From Deltaproteobacteria bacterium (GTDB lineage Bacteria > UBA10199 > JACPAL01 > GCA-016699445): 64,000 bases of DNA. The position numbers and the translations under genes were made by a program. The stretch is from contig CP064976.1 of assembly GCA_016699445.1 (NCBI GenBank), positions 2,478,162 through 2,542,161 of the forward strand. Direction: 5' to 3'. Below are positions 29,795-37,823 of this stretch, in pieces (the stretch's first letter is position 1; each line of letters opens with the position of its first letter). Below the pieces are notes generated by a model, which was given only the letters and a program-made list of their open reading frames with translations, was not told the origin of the DNA and ran no database searches.

Positions 29795-31365
29795 TGGAGA
29801 ATAAAATGAAACGCGCTTTAATCAGTCTTTCCGATAAAACAGGCATCGTCCCTTTTGCCAAAGGTCTTCATGAGTTGGGAATTGAGATTTTATCAACAGG
29901 TGGAACCGCAAAACTTTTAAAAGAAAATCTCATTCCTGTTGTGGAAGTGGGGGATTACACAGGTCAGCCTGAAATTTTGGATGGTCGTTTAAAAACTCTT
30001 CACCCTAAAATTCATGGTGGCATTTTGGGTATGCGCTCCAATGTACAGCATGTGGAAGACATGAAAAAATCTCAGATTCAGCCCATCGATCTGATCGTGG
30101 TCAATCTTTATCCTTTTGAACAAACCATTGCTCAAGCCGGTGTGACTCTCGAACATGCGATTGAAAATATTGATATTGGTGGTCCGACAATGATTCGTGC
30201 AGCGGCTAAAAACTGGCAGGATGTGGCTGTCGTTGTGGATCATCAGGATTACGCGAAAATTTTAGAAGAATTACGTAGGGGCGATATTCATGACGCCCCA
30301 AACGTAACCAAAGAAACCAAATTTGAATTAGCAAAAAAAGTTTTTGTCCTGACCTCCCGTTATGATGGAGCGATTGCCAATTATTTAACAGGTGGAAAAG
30401 ACAATCAATTTCCCGAAACATTCAATTTTCAATTTCAAAAAGTTCAAGAGCTTCGCTATGGCGAAAACCCTCATCAGAAGGCTGCATTTTATAAAGATGG
30501 GGCCAGTGGTGTTTCGAGTGCTAAACAACTCCATGGTAAAGAACTCTCGTTTAATAATATTTTGGATCTGGATGCGGCGTTTGGATTGGTATTGGATTTT
30601 TCCGAAACTGCGTGCGTGATTGTGAAACATACCACGCCTTGTGGTGTGGCCGTAGGGGCGATTCATGAATCACCCCTACATGATATTTTTGTCGCGGCTC
30701 GTGATTGTGATCCCTTATCGGCTTTTGGTGGTATCATTGCTTTCAATCGTCCTGTCGATGTGGCCACAGCTCAGGAAATTTCAAAAGATTTTTATGAATG
30801 TGTGATTGCTCCATCGTTTGCGCCTGAGGCTTTTCAAATTATCGCTGGTAAGAAAAATATCCGTATCATGGAGTTGCCTTCTGCTATTTCTAAGAAACAA
30901 TTGGATCTCAAGAGAGTCTCTGGTGGTTTGTTGGTTCAGGAAAAAGATGAACAGATTGAAAATGTTCGTGAGTCTAAAGTGGTTTCTGCACGTCAGCCTT
31001 CTGATACCGAGTGGAATGTTCTGCAGTTTGCCTGGAAAGTGTGTCGTGGGGTGAAATCCAACGCCATTGTCTATGCCGGTGCTGAAGGAAATATTATTAA
31101 AACGTTGGGAATTGGTGGTGGTCAAGTGAGTCGTGTTGATGCGACCAAGATTGGTATTTCAAAAGCCCGCACATCTCTTAAAGGAGCTGTTATGGCTTCC
31201 GATGCCTTCTTTCCATTCCGCGATAATATTGACGAAGCGGCTAAAGCAGGGATTGCAGTTGTCGTCCAACCCGGTGGCTCGATGAGAGACGATGAGACGA
31301 TCCAAGCCGTCAATGAACATCAAATGGTCATGCTCTTTACGGGAGCTCGGCATTTTAGACATTAA
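29794..31365 (+). CDS. purH: Bifunctional AICAR transformylase/IMP cyclohydrolase
   Basis: RALISLSDKTG, GRLKTLHP, IDIGGPTMIRAAAKN, LRYGENPHQ and ASDAFFPFRD motifs (start may be 29806). Confidence 0.97.
   Translation: MENKMKRALISLSDKTGIVPFAKGLHELGIEILSTGGTAKLLKENLIPVVEVGDYTGQPEILDGRLKTLHPKIHGGILGMRSNVQHVEDMKKSQIQPIDLIVVNLYPFEQTIAQAGVTLEHAIENIDIGGPTMIRAAAKNWQDVAVVVDHQDYAKILEELRRGDIHDAPNVTKETKFELAKKVFVLTSRYDGAIANYLTGGKDNQFPETFNFQFQKVQELRYGENPHQKAAFYKDGASGVSSAKQLHGKELSFNNILDLDAAFGLVLDFSETACVIVKHTTPCGVAVGAIHESPLHDIFVAARDCDPLSAFGGIIAFNRPVDVATAQEISKDFYECVIAPSFAPEAFQIIAGKKNIRIMELPSAISKKQLDLKRVSGGLLVQEKDEQIENVRESKVVSARQPSDTEWNVLQFAWKVCRGVKSNAIVYAGAEGNIIKTLGIGGGQVSRVDATKIGISKARTSLKGAVMASDAFFPFRDNIDEAAKAGIAVVVQPGGSMRDDETIQAVNEHQMVMLFTGARHFRH
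30275..30303. repeat. Degenerate GTAG-REP inside purH (encodes RRGDIHDAPN)
   Basis: GTAGGGGCGATATTCATGACGCCCCAAAC; stem GGGGCG/CGCCCC retained, terminal CTAC eroded. Confidence 0.7.
30652..30679. repeat. GTAG-REP inside purH (encodes VGAIHESPL)
   Basis: GTAGGGGCGATTCATGAATCACCCCTAC; one mismatch from a perfect 28-bp palindrome. Confidence 0.9.
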
Positions 31366-31368
31366 AAT

Positions 31369-32478
31369 ATGAAAAAAAAAATAACAAAATCTCAGGTGAT
31401 TGATTCATTAAAACCACATCGTGAAGAGGTGGATGCGATTGATCAAAAGATTTTAAATCTATTAAATCAACGAGCACAGGTTGTATTAAAAATTGGAGAT
31501 CTGAAAAAACAATCCAGTCAGGAAGTTTTTGCTCCTGTGCGTGAGAAGAGTCTGATTGATAATCTCACACAAAAAAATCCAGGTCCTTTTCCCACGCATG
31601 CGTTAAGAGCGGTTTTTGGAGAAATCCTTTCAGCCTCACGTGTACTTCAATCCCCGATAAAAGTCGCTTATTTAGGCCCTGAAGCGACGTTTACGCACTT
31701 GGCCGCTTTGAAATCTTTTGGTCGATCCACCGAACTCATTCCAGAATCATCGATCTCAAAAGTTTTCGATGCTGTGGAGCATAAGCGCGCTCAGTTGGGT
31801 GTTGTGCCGATTGAAAATTCCACTGAGGGAGTTGTGGGAGCCACTTTGGATTGTTTTTTGGATTCTCCTTTGAAGATCACGAGCGAGACGACGTTACCTA
31901 TCAGTCATCATCTTTTGTCGCGTGCTAAAAACATTAAGAATATTCAGCGCATTTATTCTCATGTGCAGGCATTGTCCCAATGTCGCTCATGGCTTGAGCG
32001 CAATCTTCCACATATTCCTTTGATTGAGGCGGACAGTACAGCTCGTGCTGCTGAAAAAGCGGCGGGAGATCCTCATGCCGCGGGGATTGCTGGCGAACAT
32101 GCCGCTGAGATTTATGGACTCAATGTTTTGAAGAAAAATATTGAAGATAATTCCAACAACATGACCCGATTTTTGATTATCTCTCAGTTAAAGTCAGGTC
32201 AGGGGACGCGCACAGGCAGTGACAAAACTTCGATTTTATTTTCAGTCAAAGATCAGGTGGGTGTGCTTTATAAAATGCTCAAACCTTTTTATGAAAAGAA
32301 AATTAATCTGACCAAGATCGAATCACGCCCTCTTAAAAAGAAAGCGTGGGAGTATATTTTCTTCATCGATATGGATGGTCATATTGAAGATAAAAAAATT
32401 GCGGAAGCTATTCGCGAGCTTGAAAAACAGTGTTTGTTTTTAAAAGTGTTGGGTTCCTACCCGAAAGCGACCGTTTAA
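31369..32478 (+). CDS. pheA: Chorismate mutase/prephenate dehydratase (P-protein)
   Basis: IDAIDQKILNLLNQR CM domain; YLGPEATFT, VPIENSTEG, NMTRF and ACT-domain NLTKIESRP. Confidence 0.96.
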   Translation: MKKKITKSQVIDSLKPHREEVDAIDQKILNLLNQRAQVVLKIGDLKKQSSQEVFAPVREKSLIDNLTQKNPGPFPTHALRAVFGEILSASRVLQSPIKVAYLGPEATFTHLAALKSFGRSTELIPESSISKVFDAVEHKRAQLGVVPIENSTEGVVGATLDCFLDSPLKITSETTLPISHHLLSRAKNIKNIQRIYSHVQALSQCRSWLERNLPHIPLIEADSTARAAEKAAGDPHAAGIAGEHAAEIYGLNVLKKNIEDNSNNMTRFLIISQLKSGQGTRTGSDKTSILFSVKDQVGVLYKMLKPFYEKKINLTKIESRPLKKKAWEYIFFIDMDGHIEDKKIAEAIRELEKQCLFLKVLGSYPKATV

Positions 32479-33314
32479 TGTTTAATAAAACAGTTATTAT
32501 CGGTGTGGGTTTATTAGGTTCATCGATCGGGATGAATCTGATTTCAAAAAAATTGTCCCAAGAAGTCATTGGTGTGGGTCGTGATATTCGAAATTTGAAA
32601 ACCGCCCAACGTCGAAAGGCGATCCATCGATATTTAAATGTAGGGGCAATTCATGAATTGCCCCTACGGGATTTGACCTACAACGATCTCGTTATTTTGG
32701 CAGCGCCTGTGTCTGCGATTAAAAATTACCTTAAAGAAATTCCAAACGATGTTTTGATCACGGATGTGGGGAGTGTCAAAGAGTCGATTCTCAAAGAAGC
32801 AGAACGTTTAAAGAAACGATTTGTAGGATCTCATCCGATTAGTGGTACTGAAAAAACAGGGGCTCAATCAGGGGATGTGGACTTGTTTCAAGACCGCTCA
32901 TGTATTGTCACACCTTCGAAATATTCAAAATCTTCCGATGTGGCCAAGATTAAAAAACTCTGGGCTCAGTTGGGAAGTCGGGTATCTGTGATGTCTGCTT
33001 CCGAGCATGATCGTCTCTTTGCCTACACGAGTCATCTGCCTCATGCTGTAGCCTATTCATTGATCCAATCGACTATTTTAAAAACGTCACAGAAACATTT
33101 TGTTTTTAGTAGTTTTCGGGATGCTACGCGTGTGGCGGCAAGCTCGCCTGAGATGTGGCGTGATATTTTTCTGGAAAATTCTGGGGAAATCACCCATGCG
33201 ATCGCGGCTTTTCAAAAACAATTGGATCATCTGATATCTTTGATGAAGAAAAAAGATACAACCTCTCTCATGAAATTTTTAAAAAAGGGACAGGAGATAC
33301 GACAAAAGCTATGA
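32478..33314 (+). CDS. tyrA: Prephenate dehydrogenase
   Basis: GVGLLGSS Rossmann motif, TDVGSVK, FVGSHPISGTE, HD...AYTSHLPH, TRVAASSPEMW. Confidence 0.93.
   Translation: MFNKTVIIGVGLLGSSIGMNLISKKLSQEVIGVGRDIRNLKTAQRRKAIHRYLNVGAIHELPLRDLTYNDLVILAAPVSAIKNYLKEIPNDVLITDVGSVKESILKEAERLKKRFVGSHPISGTEKTGAQSGDVDLFQDRSCIVTPSKYSKSSDVAKIKKLWAQLGSRVSVMSASEHDRLFAYTSHLPHAVAYSLIQSTILKTSQKHFVFSSFRDATRVAASSPEMWRDIFLENSGEITHAIAAFQKQLDHLISLMKKKDTTSLMKFLKKGQEIRQKL
32640..32667. repeat. Perfect 28-bp GTAG-REP palindrome inside tyrA (encodes VGAIHELPL)
   Basis: GTAGGGGCAATTCATGAATTGCCCCTAC is its own reverse complement. Confidence 0.93.
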
Positions 33315-34629
33315 AATCTTATACCGTCACACCGACAACAAAAGTATTGCGAGGCATTATTGAAGTGGCTGGGGACAAGTCTATTTCACATCGGGCATTG
33401 ATTTTTGGTGCTTTAGCGACAGGATCCACCACGATTCAAAACATGCTCGAAGGTGAGGATGTTTTGTGTACGGCTGAAATTTTAAAAAATTTAGGTGTCA
33501 CAGTCGTTAAAATCAAAAACTCCTGGAAGGTTGTCAGTCCTGGGCTTGAAGGTTTTCAGCCTTTTAAAGGTGTTCATTATTGTGGAAATTCGGGCACGAC
33601 ACTTCGCTTGATGACAGGCTTTTTTTCAGGACTTCCTTTTTCTTCAACTCTGACGGGAGATGCCTCTCTCAATAAACGTCCTATGGGCCGTGTGATTGAG
33701 CCTCTGACCAGTTTGGGTGCCAAAATCACAGAGGATAAAAATGAGAAGGGGAGATTCATCACGGTGACAGGCGGTCATCTTCACAAGGGAAATTTTTCTC
33801 TGAAAATTCCTTCAGCACAGCTTAAGACAGCGCTTCTCTTGGCAGGCTTGACAGGGAATGTGGATATCAAAGTCAAAGAGCCTCTTAAGAGTCGAGATCA
33901 TAGTGAACGAATGTTGAAAGCTTTTGGAGCTAAAATCAAAGTGAAGGGGTTGGAAGTTTTACTTGCGAGCAACTCAAAGCTCAAAGCTCAAAAACTGATT
34001 GTGCCGGGTGATATTTCTTCAGCAGCATTTTTTATTGTGGCGGCTCTCATCAATCGTCAGGAAAAGACGACTCTGACTTTGGAAAATATTGGGATCAATC
34101 CGACCCGTGTGGGTATTTTGGAAGTTTTGAAGAAAATGGGAGCTAAAATTCAGCTGAAGAATAAGCGGTTGGTTTGTGGTGAGCCTGTGGCGGACTTGGT
34201 GGTGAAGCCATCCAAACTCAAAGGTGTGACTGTTTCTCAAAAGCTCATTCCAAGCTTGATTGATGAGATTCCCATTATCAGTGTGGCAGCTTCTGTCGCT
34301 AAAGGCGTGACTAAAATCCGTGGTGCTGAAGAATTGCGCGTGAAAGAAACCGATCGTATCAAAGCTTTGATCAACGAACTTCCCAAGTTTGGAGTTAAAG
34401 TGAAGGAATATCCAGATGGTTTGGATATTATCGGATTGGGAGATTCTCAGCCGACGGGAAGTCCTGAGGTCGTTAGCTACGGCGATCACCGGATTGCCAT
34501 GTCGATGGCCGTCTTGGCCAGCATTTCGCAAAACCCTTCTAAAATCCAAAACACCGAATGCGTCGCGACATCCTTCCCCAATTTCCGCGATCTGATGGAA
34601 AAGTGGGACTTTCGATTCGGGAAATTTAA
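33311..34629 (+). CDS. aroA: EPSP synthase (apparent frameshift near 34600)
   Basis: GDKSISHRA, GNSGTTLR, LNKRPM, RDHSERM, LRVKETDRI, DHRIAM. One extra A in the A4 run at 34599-34602 gives the C-terminus FRDLMEKVGLSIREI* ending at 34629. Confidence 0.93.
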
Positions 34630-35042
34630 TGTAAATTTTTGTATGGAAGAGCTTGTTGAATCAGATTTGATTTGATGGGTTCAAATTCGGGATCTTTGTG
34701 TATTAAAACGGCTTTCTTCTGAATAGCGAGGGCTGCGACAAAAGCGTCTCCCAATGAAATCGAAAAATGACTTTTAAGATCTCCAGCCGTCAAGGTTTGC
34801 TCTTCATCGGATTCGATGCGCTTGATAGGAAGACATTTCATTTGGACGAGGGTTTCTAAAGCGCGATTCTGTCCCAATCGTTGTGAAGTAATGTAATAAA
34901 CTTCAGTCCATGTAATAAAACTGGTGTAGACGTGAGCCTTTTTCCTTTTTGCTAAAAGCAATATCTCTTCGACAACATCACTTCCGGATTCATTTAATTG
35001 AAATGTCAAAAGAGCGGATGTGTCTAAAACATAAGACTTCAT
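34626..35042 (-). CDS. vapC: PIN-domain toxin (VapC)
   Basis: VLDTSALL...TEVYY...SLGDAFVAALA...HKDPEF carries the four acidic PIN residues. Confidence 0.9.
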   Translation of the reverse strand: MKSYVLDTSALLTFQLNESGSDVVEEILLLAKRKKAHVYTSFITWTEVYYITSQRLGQNRALETLVQMKCLPIKRIESDEEQTLTAGDLKSHFSISLGDAFVAALAIQKKAVLIHKDPEFEPIKSNLIQQALPYKNLH

Positions 35043-35290
35043 TTTTTTTCCTTCTCGCGAGACCGTTCTTTTTGACGTTCTTTCATTAACTCATCAAAGA
35101 GGTTGGGACCTTTTCCTTCAGTATTCAAAGAACCACGAAAAGATTGAATAGGGTCAGCTGGAATAGGGTAGAGGTAGATACCTCTCTCTGTCACTACCCA
35201 TTCCATTCCCATTCCAGCTTTTAGATTAAGTTTTTTACGAACATCCGAAGGGATGGAAATTTGTCCCCGTTCCGTAATCACTGTTTGCAT
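35039..35290 (-). CDS. vapB: AbrB/MazE/SpoVT-family antitoxin (VapB)
   Basis: VITERGQISIPSDVRKKLNL AbrB motif; ATGA-type overlap with vapC. Confidence 0.9.
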   Translation of the reverse strand: MQTVITERGQISIPSDVRKKLNLKAGMGMEWVVTERGIYLYPIPADPIQSFRGSLNTEGKGPNLFDELMKERQKERSREKEKK

Positions 35291-35304
35291 GATAAATATT
35301 CCTT

Positions 35305-35341
35305 ATACATGATATCTATATTACTTTATCATGTATGTCAA
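35305..35341 (-). promoter_or_regulatory. vapBC promoter/operator
   Basis: Perfect 10-bp inverted repeat ATACATGATA (35305-14) / TATCATGTAT (35327-36) with 12-bp spacer, abutting TTGACA on the minus strand (35336-41). Confidence 0.7.
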
Positions 35342-35380
35342 TGAGTGTGAGTGTGAAGTAAATCTGTAAATAATTTAATC

Positions 35381-35456
35381 CCCTCCGGGGACAAGCGGAG
35401 GCGGGTCTAATTTCCATCGGCTTGCCGAGCCTTTGAGTCCAGGGCTTGCCCTGGGG
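35381..35456. repeat. Cluster of three short GC hairpins
   Basis: CCTCCG-gggacaag-CGGAGG, TCGGC-tt-GCCGA and CCAGGGC-tt-GCCCTGG. Confidence 0.6.
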
Positions 35457-35558
35457 TTTCATACCGGTGATAAACAAGTTTTCATCCAGTGCTTGACAAG
35501 AAATGAAAATCCTTTAGAGAGCCCCGCCAATGCCTGCACACAAGAAAAAACTGAACAC

Positions 35559-35591
35559 AAACCCTCCGTCACAAGCGGAGGGTTTTTTTTT
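35559..35591 (+). terminator. Intrinsic terminator/attenuator at the 5' end of pyrB
   Basis: AAACCCTCCG-tcacaag-CGGAGGGTTT stem whose 3' arm runs into a T9 tract (35583-91). Confidence 0.7.
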
Positions 35592-36546
35592 GGCTCTGAA
35601 AGAAAAATTTACGGGGAAACTTCCCAAAGACTGTTTGGAGATTAAATCTCTCTCTCGGAATCAAATTGAGACGATTCTAGATCTGGCTCAGGAGTTTAAA
35701 GAGAAGGAAGCTCGAGGCCAGAAAAAGCATGAAGATCTCAAAGGCAAAGCCCTGATTAATATTTTCTTCGAGCCTTCTACACGCACACGCACTTCTTTTG
35801 AGCTCGCGGGCCGTAGGCTCTCAGCTGATATGATGACCATTGCACCTCAAGCCTCCAGCCTCTCTAAAGGTGAGAGCTTGAAGGATATGATTGAAAATCT
35901 TGAAGCTATGGGGCCGGATTTGATGGTGGTTCGTCATGCAGCCAGTGGAGCTCCTGGTTTGATAGCTTCGTATACAAAAGCGGCAGTGGTGAACGCAGGT
36001 GATGGTTCTCACGAACATCCCACTCAAGCCCTCTTGGATGCTTTTACTGTTAAAGAAAAGTTGGGAGAGATTCAGGGTAAGCATCTGGTGATTGTGGGAG
36101 ATATTTCTTATAGCCGTGTGGCCAGGTCCAATATTTATGCGTTTTGCAAATTAGGTGGCAAAGTGACGTGTGTGGGTCCTGCGACGTTGATTCCTCCAGG
36201 TATCGAAAAGATGGGGGCTAAGGTTGAGACTGATCTTGATAAAATTTTGCCTCATGCCGACGCTGTGATGTTTCTTCGGATTCAGAAAGAACGTCAGGAA
36301 AAAATGAATTTTCCGTCCATTGCTGAATACACACGCTTTTATGGAATGAATCGAACCAGATGGGCTGCTTTGAAAAAAGAAGCTCTCATTATGCATCCTG
36401 GTCCTATCAATCGAGGTGTTGAGATTGAGCCTGAGATTGCCGATGGTCGCTTAGAAGGTGGGGCCCAAACAGTGATTTTGGATCAGGTAAAAAATGGCAC
36501 CGCTGTCCGTATGGCGGTTCTCTCCTTGTGGGGGCGATCAAAATGA
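35590..36546 (+). CDS. pyrB: Aspartate carbamoyltransferase catalytic subunit
   Basis: FFEPSTRTRTSF, NAGDGSHEHPTQALLD, GDISYSRVARSN, MHPGPINRGVEI. Start is uncertain: TTG 35590 (GGAGG 8 nt upstream) or ATG 35530. Confidence 0.95.
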   Translation: MALKEKFTGKLPKDCLEIKSLSRNQIETILDLAQEFKEKEARGQKKHEDLKGKALINIFFEPSTRTRTSFELAGRRLSADMMTIAPQASSLSKGESLKDMIENLEAMGPDLMVVRHAASGAPGLIASYTKAAVVNAGDGSHEHPTQALLDAFTVKEKLGEIQGKHLVIVGDISYSRVARSNIYAFCKLGGKVTCVGPATLIPPGIEKMGAKVETDLDKILPHADAVMFLRIQKERQEKMNFPSIAEYTRFYGMNRTRWAALKKEALIMHPGPINRGVEIEPEIADGRLEGGAQTVILDQVKNGTAVRMAVLSLWGRSK

Positions 36547-37823
36547 AAATGCTCATTAAAAATGGTCATGTTGTAGACCCTGTAGCGAAAAAAGATGGCT
36601 TGTTTGATCTTTTGATCGAAGATGGAAAAATTAAAAAGTGGGAGAAAAGACTACGTGTGGACACTGTCGATACGATCATCGATGCCAAAGGATTGGTAGT
36701 GACTCCAGGATTGATTGATCTTCATACTCATCTTCGTGAACCGGGTTATGAATATAAAGAAACCATCAAAACCGGAAGTATGGCTGCAGCGGCGGGTGGG
36801 TTTACGACGATTGTCTGCATGGCTAATACAAATCCTGTAAACGATAATGCGGTCATCACCGAGTTTATTACTAAGCGTGCTCAAGAAGAGGCGATTGTGA
36901 ATGTCTTGCCCATTGGAGCCATTTCGAAAAATCTCGAAGGGAAAGCGATGGCGGATATTGGTCAGATGGCCGAAGCGGGTATTGTGGGTATTTCCGATGA
37001 TGGTCGCTGTGTGATGGATACAGCACTCATGAGAAAATCCATGCAGTATGCGAGAGGTTTTGGATTGATGGTTGTCTCGCATGCAGAAGATGAATGTTTG
37101 TCGGGCCATGGTTCGATGAATGAAGGCCCTGTAGCTACTGAGCTAGGATTGTCAGGCTCGCCCAATGCCGCTGAAGAGTTGATTGTCGCTCGTGATATTG
37201 CCTTAGCTGAATTAACCAAAGCCAAGTTGCATATTGCTCACATGTCATCTCGAGGAAGCTTGGAATTGGTAAAAGCTGCTAAGAAGCGTGGTGTCTCAGT
37301 GACCTGCGAAGTGACACCTCATCATCTATTTCTCACAGATGAAGCTGTGCGTGGTTATAATACCAATGCTTCAGTGCGACCTCCATTGCGTTCACGTGAA
37401 GATGCTCTGGCTCTGAGACGCGGGATTGAAGATGGGTTTGTCGATACTATTGCGACCGATCACGCCCCTCATGCGTCTTTTGAAAAAGAAGTCGAATTTG
37501 CCCAAGCGGCTCATGGGATGGTGGGATTGGAAACGTCTTTAGCTCTTTGTCTCAAGCTTGTTCAGGATCGCTCAATCAAGCTTTCACAATTGATCAAGCT
37601 GATGTCAGCAAATCCAGCTCATATCTTAGGTTTGAAATCGAAGGGTACTCTTAAGCCGGGCGCCGATGCAGATATTGCTATCTTTGATCCAAACGAAAAA
37701 TGGAATGTCGACCCGACAAAATTTTATTCCAAAAGTCGCAATACACCTTTTGGAGGATGGAGTCTGAAGGGTAAAATTAAATACACTGTCGTGAATGGGA
37801 AAATTGTTTATGAAAACATCTAA
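36543..37823 (+). CDS. pyrC: Dihydroorotase (class I)
   Basis: DLHTHLREPG, AAAAGGFTTIVCMANT, EVTPHHL, IATDHAPH, SKSRNTPF. Confidence 0.96.
   Translation: MKMLIKNGHVVDPVAKKDGLFDLLIEDGKIKKWEKRLRVDTVDTIIDAKGLVVTPGLIDLHTHLREPGYEYKETIKTGSMAAAAGGFTTIVCMANTNPVNDNAVITEFITKRAQEEAIVNVLPIGAISKNLEGKAMADIGQMAEAGIVGISDDGRCVMDTALMRKSMQYARGFGLMVVSHAEDECLSGHGSMNEGPVATELGLSGSPNAAEELIVARDIALAELTKAKLHIAHMSSRGSLELVKAAKKRGVSVTCEVTPHHLFLTDEAVRGYNTNASVRPPLRSREDALALRRGIEDGFVDTIATDHAPHASFEKEVEFAQAAHGMVGLETSLALCLKLVQDRSIKLSQLIKLMSANPAHILGLKSKGTLKPGADADIAIFDPNEKWNVDPTKFYSKSRNTPFGGWSLKGKIKYTVVNGKIVYENI

Noticed and set aside
34626-34675. 50-bp antisense overlap of aroA with vapC
   Set aside because: It disappears when one A is added at 34599-34602; aroA then ends at 34629 with a normal C-terminus.
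35500-35560. PyrR-binding loop in the pyrB leader
   Set aside because: Only CCTTTA matches; the conserved AGUCC-N-GNGAGGYU core is absent.
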